Shown: positions 29,352 through 38,325 of the stretch, in pieces
How positions within the stretch are numbered: the first letter of the stretch is position 1
Layout: every line of letters begins with the position of its first letter
Source of the DNA: an uncultured virus (IMG/VR IMGVR_UViG_3300025530_000290)
Taxonomy: Duplodnaviria > Heunggongvirae > Uroviricota > Caudoviricetes
Virus record (IMG/VR): IMGVR_UViG_3300025530_000290
Length of the DNA stretch: 64,000 bases
Strand: one strand, 5' to 3'
Position numbers and translations under genes: made by a program
The notes under the pieces: model-generated
The model's input: only the letters and a program-made list of their open reading frames with translations
Told to the model about the DNA's origin: nothing
Database searches by the model: none

Positions 29352-31648
29352 TCGCTGTGACGCTGGCTCACCACCGCACCCGGGACGTCCGCACCTGGCC
29401 CGCCTACACCCGCACCCGCCGCCGGATCGCCCGCCTGCAGGACGTCACCGGCCGTGCCGCCACACTCGCCGGGCTCGCCCTCGGCGGCACCGGCATGCTC
29501 CTGCCCGACGTCGCCCTGCCGGGTCTCGCGGCCGCCGCGCTCACCACCGGGGCCGGGCTGGCCACCTTGCGGGCGTGGCGACCGGCCGGCGTCACCAAAG
29601 CCACCGCGACCGCCATGTACGCGCTGCCGGGCGCGGGACTGTGCGCGCTCCTCGGCTGGGAAGCCCTCGTCGGCGGACCGCACTGGGGCATGGCGCTCGG
29701 CCTGCTCACCTGGGTCACCGGAACCTGGGCGATCCGCCCCGCATGGGCCGCCCGCCGCATGCTCGTCGGCCCACCCCCGCAGCCCGAGCTCGTGCCGCCC
29801 GAACCCGCCGCCGAACTCGAACCACCCGCCACACATAGCGCGGCGCGTTGGTGGGCCGAGCACGCCGCCACCGAGGACGGGCCCGCCCCCGGCACCATGC
29901 TCCGCGAAGTAGAGCCATACGGATCAGGGGTGCGCGCGATCATCACCTCAGCGCACCCCGGCCGCCCCGTACCCGACATCAACATCCCCGCCCTGTCCGC
30001 CCTCCTGGACGTGCCAGAGGACCACATCCACCTCGGCCCCGTCCCCGGCCGCGGCGCCGGAGTCCGCCAGCTCACCATCGGCGCACCACGCCAGAACCAG
30101 CCGGCCACCACAGCCGAGGCGTGGCGCGCCCAAATCGCCCCCGCCGCCATGCGCGACTCCGAGCTCGTCGAGGTGCGGTACGGCACCGGCACCCGCGAGG
30201 GAGTGGTCGAGTTCCACGCCGAAGTCCCCCGCGGAAAAACGATCACCTACGACTTCGGCGCGCTCGTCTCCGCCCTCGACGCCGAGGACGACCCATCACG
30301 AGTCGTCGTGGAGGCCAGCTACCGCAAGGCGATCGTCACCCTCTACCCCCGCAACCCGCTCCTGGACATCCAGCCCGTCACCCTCAACGAGCTGCTGATG
30401 GACGAGCGCGGCTACATCACCGTCGGCCTCTACCACAACGGCCGCCCCGCCCAACTGCGCCTCTACGACCCCGAAACCGGATCGGCCCAGCGTTTCCTGC
30501 TGTTCGGCACCACCGGCGCCGGCAAGAGCCGCACACTCCAACTCCACCTCGCGGCGGAGAAACGCAACGGGATCTGCTCGCTCGTGGCCGACCTCAAGGG
30601 CGGCCAGTCCGTGCCCGAGGCGCTGCAGAACGTGTGCTGGCCCGTCACCAGGCAAGAGGCGGCGATCATGATGCTGCGGTCCGCGGCCGCTGTCGCCGAG
30701 GACCGCATGCGCCGCTACGCCGCCCAAGGCCGCAACGCATTCGAACTCGGCGTCGATCCCCTCATCCACGTCACGATCGACGAGGCCAACCGGCTGCTCG
30801 AGACCGGCGCGCCCTACCGGGACGAGGCCGTCCGCCTCATCAAAGAGATCGCGCGCACCGGCCGCTCGGTTGGTGTCGGCATCCGCCTCGCGGCCCAGGC
30901 ATCCCACCTCGACGAGCTGGGCGGCAGCGACACCATGCGCGGCCTGCTCAAAGAGGGCGAGGTCACGCTGCTGCGCTGGTCGTCCTCGATGATGCGGCAG
31001 CTCGTCGCCGACGGCCTCCTGCCGCCCGGCGTGCAGCTCACCCCGATCCCCAAACGGATCGGCACCACCCCCCTGGTCAGCCAGTTCGACGAGGCCGGCG
31101 CCGAGGACGCCGGCGAGGGCACCCAGGGCATGGCCTATCTGCTGTCGGGCGCTCACCCGACGAGCCTGATGCGCCATTTCAGAGTCGGCGCCGTCGAACC
31201 AACACGCGGGCTCGACCCCGAGATCCTCGCCCTCTACGGGCCCGAGCCGCCGGTCGAGCTCGGCCCGGAGGACGCCGCCGCGGCTGGTGAGGCGTACGCG
31301 CTCCGCCACGACGAGGACGCCGTCGTGCGTCTCTTCTTGGGCCAGACCAGCCAGCCATCTGGCGCTGCGCGGCCTGCCGCGGCGCCGCAGACCACCCCGC
31401 CCGCCCAAACCAGTCAGGCACCCGCTGTGGCGCCGCGGCACCTCAACGACCGCATCCTCGACGCCCTCCGCGCCGCCGGCCGATCCCTCACCGCCGCCGA
31501 GGTGCTCGAGATCGTCAACGCCGACGGCGGCCGCACGGTCGCGCTCGGGTCGATCCGCAACGCGCTCTCCCAGCTCGCAAACCAGGGCCAGGCCGTGCGC
31601 ACCGAGCACGGCCACTACACCATCCCGCAGGAAGGAGACAACAAGTGA
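29348..31648 (+). CDS. FtsK/SpoIIIE-family conjugative DNA translocase (TraB-like)
   Basis: N-terminal TMs; Walker A GTTGAGKS; DLKGG; Walker B VTIDEA; GRSVGV..RLAAQ; C-terminal wHTH. Confidence 0.85.
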   Translation: MIAVTLAHHRTRDVRTWPAYTRTRRRIARLQDVTGRAATLAGLALGGTGMLLPDVALPGLAAAALTTGAGLATLRAWRPAGVTKATATAMYALPGAGLCALLGWEALVGGPHWGMALGLLTWVTGTWAIRPAWAARRMLVGPPPQPELVPPEPAAELEPPATHSAARWWAEHAATEDGPAPGTMLREVEPYGSGVRAIITSAHPGRPVPDINIPALSALLDVPEDHIHLGPVPGRGAGVRQLTIGAPRQNQPATTAEAWRAQIAPAAMRDSELVEVRYGTGTREGVVEFHAEVPRGKTITYDFGALVSALDAEDDPSRVVVEASYRKAIVTLYPRNPLLDIQPVTLNELLMDERGYITVGLYHNGRPAQLRLYDPETGSAQRFLLFGTTGAGKSRTLQLHLAAEKRNGICSLVADLKGGQSVPEALQNVCWPVTRQEAAIMMLRSAAAVAEDRMRRYAAQGRNAFELGVDPLIHVTIDEANRLLETGAPYRDEAVRLIKEIARTGRSVGVGIRLAAQASHLDELGGSDTMRGLLKEGEVTLLRWSSSMMRQLVADGLLPPGVQLTPIPKRIGTTPLVSQFDEAGAEDAGEGTQGMAYLLSGAHPTSLMRHFRVGAVEPTRGLDPEILALYGPEPPVELGPEDAAAAGEAYALRHDEDAVVRLFLGQTSQPSGAARPAAAPQTTPPAQTSQAPAVAPRHLNDRILDALRAAGRSLTAAEVLEIVNADGGRTVALGSIRNALSQLANQGQAVRTEHGHYTIPQEGDNK

Positions 31649-32508
31649 CCAGCAACCCGACGTTCGAACAGGTCGCCCGGCACCTCTTCCAAGACACCCT
31701 GCCCCGCCGCTACACCACCCTCTACCTACTCCCCGCCCTCATGACCGCGGCAGGCGCCGCACTCGGCCTGCTGCTCGGCTGGCTGCCGCACAGCACGATC
31801 ATCGGCACCGCCACCCTCGTCGCCGCCTACACCGCCGCCACCAGACGGGATCAGCGTCCTGCTTTCGCCCCCGCCAGCGCGGCCGCATACCTCCAGCGGC
31901 TCCGAACCGAACTCCCCGGCGACGCCATGGACGCCATCGCGGACGCGGTCGCCGAGTGCAAGACCCGCGGGATCGAGGCCGACGTGTACCGGATCACCTG
32001 TGCCTGCGGCCAGATCATCTGCACGTGTGAGAACCGGGTCCGCGCCGCCGTCGCCCCCTTCGGCCCGCGGTACGCGATCATCGCCGTCGGCGACCGCCTC
32101 GCCGACACCACCGGCCAGCTGCGGTTCGTGCTCGCCCACGAGCTCGGCCACCTCGCCGGCTTACACCGCGTCTCCCAGAACGCGTGGCATGCCGCCAACA
32201 CGCTCGGCTTCGCGATCATCGGCCTCCACGCCACCGGCTGGACGCTAGTCACCGCGTTCATCACGTGGAGGCTCGTCTGCAGTCTCTGGTACGCGGTCAA
32301 CGAGGCGGCGTGCGACATCCGCGCCGCACGGCGCTACGGCTATGAGGCCGCCGCCTACTGGAAGCGCCGCGTCGAAGCCGCGCGGCTGGCGCGCTCGGCC
32401 CGGCCGGTGTGGCATCGGCTGGTGGCGTTGCCGGTGCAGGTGCTGCCGATGCATCCGCCGCTGCGGGTGCGCGCCTGGTACTGCCGGATCGTCGGCACCC
32501 GGCGCTAA
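31645..32508 (+). CDS. Membrane Zn metallopeptidase (M48/M56-like)
   Basis: FVLAHELGH, NEAACD, MHPPLRVR; TM helices. Confidence 0.8.
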   Translation: MTSNPTFEQVARHLFQDTLPRRYTTLYLLPALMTAAGAALGLLLGWLPHSTIIGTATLVAAYTAATRRDQRPAFAPASAAAYLQRLRTELPGDAMDAIADAVAECKTRGIEADVYRITCACGQIICTCENRVRAAVAPFGPRYAIIAVGDRLADTTGQLRFVLAHELGHLAGLHRVSQNAWHAANTLGFAIIGLHATGWTLVTAFITWRLVCSLWYAVNEAACDIRAARRYGYEAAAYWKRRVEAARLARSARPVWHRLVALPVQVLPMHPPLRVRAWYCRIVGTRR

Positions 32509-32665
32509 GCCGGGGACCGCACCCGCGGGCGTGGCCCTGGCACGTCACACACCGGGGCCACACACCACCCACGACATATAGCCGATTCGGCGAACTCCAA
32601 GCCGTCATCTTGTGCATCGTGGACAATAAGAGCGTTCCCCTTTCTCCCCTTCAGGAGATCACTCC

Positions 32666-33271
32666 ATGCCACAGCAGCCCGTGCTGTCGATTCTCCGGAT
32701 GCCACCCGGAGACCCGCTCACCGAACGCACCTGGCACGACACCCACCTCGCCCACGCCAAAGTGCTGGAATGGGCCGCAGACAGCCAACGCGTCCTGTGG
32801 GCCCGCCCCGCCAAGCAAATCCTGCTGATCCAATCCACCCGCCACGTCACCCCCAGCAACCTCCCCGCCGGCCACCACGTCACCTGGCGGCAGGTACGCA
32901 CCGACTGGGAACCCGGCACCCAAATCCGCTGGTCCCTCATCGCCAACCCCGCCAAAGCCCAACCCCGGCGCGACGGACCCGACGGGCGCTGCACCAGGCC
33001 GAGCCCCCGCGTGCCACTCCCGCCCGCCCAGCGCGACCAGTGGCTTCACCGCAAACTCGGCGCCGCCCTCACCATCACCCACATGACCGGGCAGCCACTC
33101 GGCCGCCGCACCGGCAACCGGGCCGGGCACCACATCGTCCACGAACTGCACTGCTGGGCAGGCCACGCCGTCGTCGCCGACAGCCACGCCCTCGCCGCCC
33201 TGATCACCCTCGGCGTCGGCCCCGGCAAGGCCTACGGCGCCGGGCTCCTCATCGTCCAGGAGGCCGCATGA
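32666..33271 (+). CDS. cas6e: Cas6e/Cse3-like crRNA processing endoribonuclease
   Basis: HLAH N-terminal His, RVLW...LLIQS, LIANPAK, QWLHRK, Gly-loop GVGPGKAYGAGLL; RBS AGGAG. Confidence 0.88.
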   Translation: MPQQPVLSILRMPPGDPLTERTWHDTHLAHAKVLEWAADSQRVLWARPAKQILLIQSTRHVTPSNLPAGHHVTWRQVRTDWEPGTQIRWSLIANPAKAQPRRDGPDGRCTRPSPRVPLPPAQRDQWLHRKLGAALTITHMTGQPLGRRTGNRAGHHIVHELHCWAGHAVVADSHALAALITLGVGPGKAYGAGLLIVQEAA

Positions 33272-34164
33272 CCTACCCATCCGGACCGGTGATGGTGTGG
33301 GAACTCGCCGGGCGCCCCAGCCGCGCCTCCATCCGCGTCGAACCCATCCCCGCCCCGTGCGCCATGTGCGGCCAGCACGCCGCCGAAACCGCCGCCACCA
33401 AAACCGCCATCGGCGGCAACTTCACCGACCAGTACCTGCTCGCCCGCCCCGACTCCCCGCGGATCTGCTACGCCTGCACCTGGGTGTGCTCCGGCAAACC
33501 ACCCGACACCATCCGCATGTGGACCGTCGCCGCTGCCCCCGGCCGCGGCTTCGGCCCCTCCCACCCCAAATCCCCCGGCTGGGGCAACAGCGACCTGCTG
33601 CTGACCGCCCGCAACGACATGCGGGAGGTGGTCGCCCTGCTCGCCGACCCACCCGACGGGCCATGGCTGGTGTCCATCGCCGAGACCGGGCAGAAACACC
33701 ACCTGCCGTACGCGCGGATCAACCACGGGCAGGCCCGGTGGACGGTGCGGATGGACGCCGTCGACATCACCGCGACCCCCGCCCAGTTCCGGCACGTGTT
33801 CGGCCACACCGTGGCCCTCCGCACCGCGGGGTTCACCGCCGCCGAGATCGAGCAGCTGGCCCCGCCGGTCCACAAACTCACCGCCGGCAACCTGCCCATC
33901 TGGCGGCACCACGCCCAGCAGCTGGCCCCCTACAAGGGCAGCGCGCTCCTCCACCTGACCAACTTCGTGATCAACAAGGAGCACCTCAATGAATACGCCA
34001 CCGCCTACGGCGCCCCCGGACCTCGACACGATGATCAGCTGGGGCAGCCAGCTCATCAACGCCCTGCTGGACACCCCCGGCGTGGCCCAGACCCTCGGCC
34101 GGGACCTGTGGACACGGGCCCGCACCGCGCTGGAGACGGGCTGCTCGACGGCGTCCTTTTCTGA
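33268..34164 (+). CDS. csf1: Type IV large subunit Csf1 (Cas8-like)
   Basis: CAMC...NFTD...CYAC zinc finger, GQKHHLPYA; ATGA-coupled to cas6. Confidence 0.8.
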   Translation: MTYPSGPVMVWELAGRPSRASIRVEPIPAPCAMCGQHAAETAATKTAIGGNFTDQYLLARPDSPRICYACTWVCSGKPPDTIRMWTVAAAPGRGFGPSHPKSPGWGNSDLLLTARNDMREVVALLADPPDGPWLVSIAETGQKHHLPYARINHGQARWTVRMDAVDITATPAQFRHVFGHTVALRTAGFTAAEIEQLAPPVHKLTAGNLPIWRHHAQQLAPYKGSALLHLTNFVINKEHLNEYATAYGAPGPRHDDQLGQPAHQRPAGHPRRGPDPRPGPVDTGPHRAGDGLLDGVLF

Positions 34165-34408
34165 AGCCGTCTCCAAAACCGCGGCGAAACTGCAGATCGA
34201 CGGCGCCCTGCCCGCCAAGACCAGCGAGGAGATCGTACGGCTCGGCCGCCACCTCGCCGACCCGGCCGTCTTCGGGGCGTGGGCCGAGCTCATGCGACGC
34301 GACGCCGTCTACGTCATCGCCATCGCCCGCGTCGACCGCAAAACCCGCAAACCCGCCACCAGCACCGTCACCAGCGCCGACGACGACACCGAAAGGGTCC
34401 CGTTCTGA
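33989..34408 (+). CDS. cas11: Type IV-B small subunit Cas11-like
   Basis: 139 aa all-helical (FSEAVSKTAAKLQI); RBS AAGGAG; sits between csf1 and csf2. Confidence 0.72.
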   Translation: MNTPPPTAPPDLDTMISWGSQLINALLDTPGVAQTLGRDLWTRARTALETGCSTASFSEAVSKTAAKLQIDGALPAKTSEEIVRLGRHLADPAVFGAWAELMRRDAVYVIAIARVDRKTRKPATSTVTSADDDTERVPF

Positions 34409-35358
34409 TGACCAGCGACCTGCACGCCCTGCACGCCCTCCCCGACCTTCACCTGCCGCTCACCCTCACCGCCCTCGACCCCATCTCCCACGGCGCCGGC
34501 ACCAGCGGAAACACCCAGCTCCTGCGCGTCCAAGACGTGCTCCAGCCGGACGGGCGGCGCGTGTCGGTGCCCTACATCTCCGGAAACAGCCTGCGGCACA
34601 CCCTCCGTGCCGCCCTCGCCTGGCACCTGGTCCGCACCCTCGACCTGCCCGACCGGGCCCTCCCCAAGAACGTCGTCGACCTGCTGTGGTCCGGCGGCGC
34701 CTTGTCGGAGACCGGCAACCAGGTCGACCTGGAGACCGCCCGCCGTGTCTCCGCGACACTCCCGGCGCTGTCGCTGCTGGGCTACTCCGCCCGCAGCGAC
34801 ATCGTCGCCGGCACCCTGTGGGTGGACAACGTCCACCTGGTGTGCGCCGAGAACGTCTTCCGCCTCCCCGACCGCCTCACCGGCCACCCCCACGCCGACC
34901 TGCCCGCGGGGGCGATGCGCGGCGAGGCGTTCGGCACCCGCCACGACGTGCGCGGCACAGCCGTCGACCGGTACATCGCCATGCTCGCCGACCACGGCGA
35001 GACCGGCATGCTCGGCCTCAACACCGCGGCGGACGCCGAACCGGCCACCACCCAGATGATCTACGACATGCAGGTGATCAAACCCGGCGCTGTCCTGTGG
35101 ACCGGCCTGCACCTGCTCACCCCCACCCCCGGCCACATCGCCGCGCTCGCCGTCGCCATCGACGAAGCCATGCCCATCGTCGACGGCCGCCGCATCCTCG
35201 CCCTCGGCGGCAAACGCTCCACCGGGTACGGCTCCTGCGCGGCCGACGTCGACCTTGCGCCGCTCGGGGACCTGGCCGCGCTGCGCGCCGCCTACGAGGC
35301 GCACCTGCGCGAGCACCGCGACACCATCATCACCATGCTCAAGGACGTGGTGGGCTGA
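34408..35358 (+). CDS. csf2: Type IV Cas7-like backbone Csf2
   Basis: LTALDPISHG, VPYISGNSLRHTLR, LWSGGAL, QMIY, LGGKRSTGYG. Confidence 0.92.
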   Translation: MTSDLHALHALPDLHLPLTLTALDPISHGAGTSGNTQLLRVQDVLQPDGRRVSVPYISGNSLRHTLRAALAWHLVRTLDLPDRALPKNVVDLLWSGGALSETGNQVDLETARRVSATLPALSLLGYSARSDIVAGTLWVDNVHLVCAENVFRLPDRLTGHPHADLPAGAMRGEAFGTRHDVRGTAVDRYIAMLADHGETGMLGLNTAADAEPATTQMIYDMQVIKPGAVLWTGLHLLTPTPGHIAALAVAIDEAMPIVDGRRILALGGKRSTGYGSCAADVDLAPLGDLAALRAAYEAHLREHRDTIITMLKDVVG

Positions 35359-36095
35359 TGCTCGTCGAACCCGGCACCATCGTCGACACCACCACCGACA
35401 GCCGGTGGACACCCGTCCGGGTGACCGCACACCTGGCCGAGCCGATCATCAACCTCGACGGGCACGCCTGCCACCTGGACGGCCCGGCCGCATTCGCCGC
35501 CTACCTCGCCTACACCGACCGCCACGGACACCACTCGCTGCCACCGATGGGCCGCGACAGCGTCGTGGATTTCGCCCTCCCCCTGGCCACCTGGACCGCG
35601 CCCGCCCCAGGCCCGGTGCACCAGCTCGCCCGCGCAGCCACACCCGGCCACGTGTGGGGGTGGGCATGCTCGGCCGCCGCCGCCGACCCCGCCGCGTGGA
35701 CGGTGGTCGAGGTCCGGCGCAAGCCGGACTCCGAGGCGATGCACCGCTACGCCCCCGACCGCAAGGTCCACCTGGCCACGGGCCCGCTCAAGGCCCGCAA
35801 CGCCACCCACCCGGCCACCATCGTCCGCACCATCACCTGGTGGGCGCTGGCCGACCCCGACCGGCTGCACGCCCTGCTCTCCCGCGTCCCCGGCCTCGGA
35901 CGGCACACCCGCCACGGCAACGGCCGCGTCCACCGCTGGGAGGTCACCCCAGACCCGCGCGCCGCCACCCTGTGGCGGCGCCGCGTCTGGCCCGACCCGG
36001 ACGGCACACCCGACACGATCCGCGCCCCCTACCACCACCACACACGGCTCATGCCCTGCACCCCGCCACCACAGCGGGAGGAGGAGCGGTGCTGA
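35358..36095 (+). CDS. csf3: Type IV Cas5-like Csf3
   Basis: PVRVTAHL...HLDG, LPLA, WGWACS, GPLKA, LGRHTRHGNGRV..WEV, IRAPYHH. Confidence 0.85.
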   Translation: MLVEPGTIVDTTTDSRWTPVRVTAHLAEPIINLDGHACHLDGPAAFAAYLAYTDRHGHHSLPPMGRDSVVDFALPLATWTAPAPGPVHQLARAATPGHVWGWACSAAAADPAAWTVVEVRRKPDSEAMHRYAPDRKVHLATGPLKARNATHPATIVRTITWWALADPDRLHALLSRVPGLGRHTRHGNGRVHRWEVTPDPRAATLWRRRVWPDPDGTPDTIRAPYHHHTRLMPCTPPPQREEERC

Positions 36096-36880
36096 TCGAC
36101 TCCCCGCGCATCACCACCCGGGACCGCGCCCACTGGGCACGCATGGAGCACTACGACGACGTGCTGTCCCGCTCCCCGCGCCTCGACCGGCTCGCCGAGC
36201 AGGCCCGCGCAGCGGTCACCCGCTTCGCCGACGCCGGCGACTTCTACATCAGCGTCTCGTGGGGCAAAGACAGCGTCGCCGCCGCACACCTCGCGCTGCA
36301 GGTCGTCCCCGGCGCGCGCCTGGTGTGGGTGCGCTCCAAGCACTTCGAGATGCCCGAATGCGAGCAGGTCCGCGACGCCTTCCTCGCCACCCACCCCCAG
36401 GCCCGGTACGAGGAGATCGAGGTCGAACTGCGGAATCCCAAGCGGGGCGAGCCCGGATTCGACGAGCGGCATCTCGACCCGCACGCCGACCACCAGGACG
36501 TCCTGAAGGAGAACCTGACCGGCCGCTACGTCTCCGGGGTGCGCGCCGAGGAATCCCGCATCCGCCGCATCAGCGTCGGCCACCGCGGGCTGGTCACGCC
36601 GAACACCTGCCGACCGCTGGGCCGGTGGGAGGCGACCGACGTGTTCGCCTACCTGCACCGGGAAGGGCTCCCCGTGCACCCGGCCTACGCGATGACCATG
36701 GGCGGCGCCCTCGACCGGCGGTGGATCCGCGTCCACCCGCTGTGCTCGGCCCCGCCCGCCCAATCTGCCGTGCACCGCCACGACCCCGCCTACTGGGAGG
36801 ACACCTACTACCCGGACGTGATCGCCGCCGCCCGGGACGCCCGGGCACACATGTGGGGCAAGAACGGTGTGGCCGGCTGA
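36089..36880 (+). CDS. cysH: CysH/PAPS reductase-like protein of type IV-B loci
   Basis: PP-loop SVSWGKDS, SGVRAEESRIR, PLGRWEATDVFAYL...LPVHPAY. Confidence 0.88.
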   Translation: MLIDSPRITTRDRAHWARMEHYDDVLSRSPRLDRLAEQARAAVTRFADAGDFYISVSWGKDSVAAAHLALQVVPGARLVWVRSKHFEMPECEQVRDAFLATHPQARYEEIEVELRNPKRGEPGFDERHLDPHADHQDVLKENLTGRYVSGVRAEESRIRRISVGHRGLVTPNTCRPLGRWEATDVFAYLHREGLPVHPAYAMTMGGALDRRWIRVHPLCSAPPAQSAVHRHDPAYWEDTYYPDVIAAARDARAHMWGKNGVAG

Positions 36881-37547
36881 CCGCTGCCCGGTGGCGATCC
36901 CCACCATCACCGCCCGCGCCGAATCCGCCGCCCGCGTCACCGGCTGGTGGCGTGCCCGCGGCGTCGAGCCCGTGGTCGAACTCCAGGACCCCGCCCTCCC
37001 GGTCGGCCCCGCCTCGCACGTGGCCACCTGCATGACGGTGATCCGCCGCGCCCTCGACGCCTTCCCGCAGGCGCGGCACCTGCTTTTGTGCGAGGACGAC
37101 GTCGAGCTCGACCCGGCCCTCCCGGGCCTGGCTTCCATGCTGCTGTGCGGCCGGGTCGTCACCCTGTGGACGACCCGGCTGGCGCACCTTCCGGCGTGGA
37201 TGGTGCGCACCGTCCAGCGAGGTGACCCGCTGCCGTCCCGCACGCTGGTGCGGGCGGTCGGGCTGCGGTCCTGGCACGGCAGTCTCGGCCTGATCCTTCC
37301 CCGGGATGTCGCCGAGCGGGTGCTCGCCGCGCCGGTACGGCGCGGCGGGTTCGACATGCATCTGAAGGACTGGCTGATCGAGCACGATGTGCCGCTGTGG
37401 GTGGCGGTGCCGAACTTGGTGCAGCATCTGCCGCTGCCGCGGCAGGCGACCAGGGGCGGTCCGCGGTGGGTGCGGTCAGCCACGTTCGGCTGGCCTGTCA
37501 CCGGTGAGAACACGCCGCGGGGCGCATCGGCTAGGGAGGAGCGGTGA
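36867..37547 (+). CDS. GT-A fold glycosyltransferase-like protein (GT25-like)
   Basis: HLLLCEDDVEL, GSLGLILPR, FDMHL..W, VPNLVQH; overlaps cysH stop. Confidence 0.65.
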   Translation: MWPADRCPVAIPTITARAESAARVTGWWRARGVEPVVELQDPALPVGPASHVATCMTVIRRALDAFPQARHLLLCEDDVELDPALPGLASMLLCGRVVTLWTTRLAHLPAWMVRTVQRGDPLPSRTLVRAVGLRSWHGSLGLILPRDVAERVLAAPVRRGGFDMHLKDWLIEHDVPLWVAVPNLVQHLPLPRQATRGGPRWVRSATFGWPVTGENTPRGASAREER

Positions 37548-37819
37548 CGCGGGCGGACGCGCAGGGCTTGGAGCGGAGGCTCTGGGAGCTTCTGCCTGGG
37601 CGTGCGGACCGGAACCGTGTGGCCGACGCTGCCGTCCTCGCGGCCAGGCTGGGTGTCCCGGTCGGCGAGGTGGTCGCTGCTCTCGACCGTATGGAGAGGT
37701 CCGGTCATGCTGTCCGGGACCGGGCCACGGGGAGGCGGTCGCAGCGGTGGCATCGCGGCTTGCCCTACCCGGATGCCGTTTCGGCGGGCGGTGGGGTCTG
37801 CCAGCCGGGCTTGTGGTAG
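37544..37819 (+). CDS. Small wHTH-like protein
   Basis: AVLAARLGVPVGEVVAALDRMERSG; GTGA coupling. Confidence 0.5.
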   Translation: MTRADAQGLERRLWELLPGRADRNRVADAAVLAARLGVPVGEVVAALDRMERSGHAVRDRATGRRSQRWHRGLPYPDAVSAGGGVCQPGLW

Positions 37820-37859
37820 CCGGCGTGGAACACGGTTGAGGCGGATCGAACCAAACCAC

Positions 37860-37888
37860 TTGTGCTTCCTAAGTTAGGAAGCTAATGT
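37860..37888 (+). promoter_or_regulatory. Sigma70-type promoter with palindromic operator in the spacer
   Basis: TTGTGC-17 nt-TAATGT; GCTTCCTAA-G-TTAGGAAGC at 37864-37882. Confidence 0.75.
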
Positions 37889-37940
37889 GGTTGTCACAGG
37901 TCAGGGGAACGGCCCCAGACCACGACCGGAAGGAACCGGC

Positions 37941-38264
37941 ATGACGCCCACCACCACGCTCGCCCGCGGATACAAGCTCGGCAAGGACTACCAGGCCGAC
38001 GGCTGGTACGGCTACATCAACGGGGGTTGCTACACCAACGAGCAGGCGGACGCCCTCGTCGACGCCCTCCTGGACGCGATGGAGCGCGAGGTCGACAAGC
38101 TCCTCCCCGCGGGCTGCCACTGGTACCCGACCCTGGCCGAGATCCAGGGGCCGATCACCGCCACCCTCGAGGGCATCGACCTCGACGACCTGCTCGAGGA
38201 GGCCGCCGAGGCGGTCGCCGAGCGCTTCGAGGAGATCGAGGCCGAAGTCACCGGCCGCAAGTAG
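37941..38264 (+). CDS. Small acidic protein, candidate anti-CRISPR/anti-defence
   Basis: 107 aa, D/E-rich; RBS AAGGA; first gene after operator-promoter, upstream of aca2-like gene. Confidence 0.65.
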   Translation: MTPTTTLARGYKLGKDYQADGWYGYINGGCYTNEQADALVDALLDAMEREVDKLLPAGCHWYPTLAEIQGPITATLEGIDLDDLLEEAAEAVAERFEEIEAEVTGRK

Positions 38265-38325
38265 ACCCGTCCGAACCGGTTGCCCCCGGCCCGCCGCCGG
38301 GGGCACGTCCATGTCTGGAGCCACC

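Noticed and set aside
36089..36880. Sulfate assimilation or Dnd phosphorothioation gene
   Set aside because: No other cys or dnd genes; its position after csf3 fits the type IV-B cysH-like gene
38278..38306. Hairpin between acidic ORF and aca2-like gene as a solitary CRISPR repeat
   Set aside because: No recognisable repeat handle; a simple GC hairpin, more likely an attenuator/terminator
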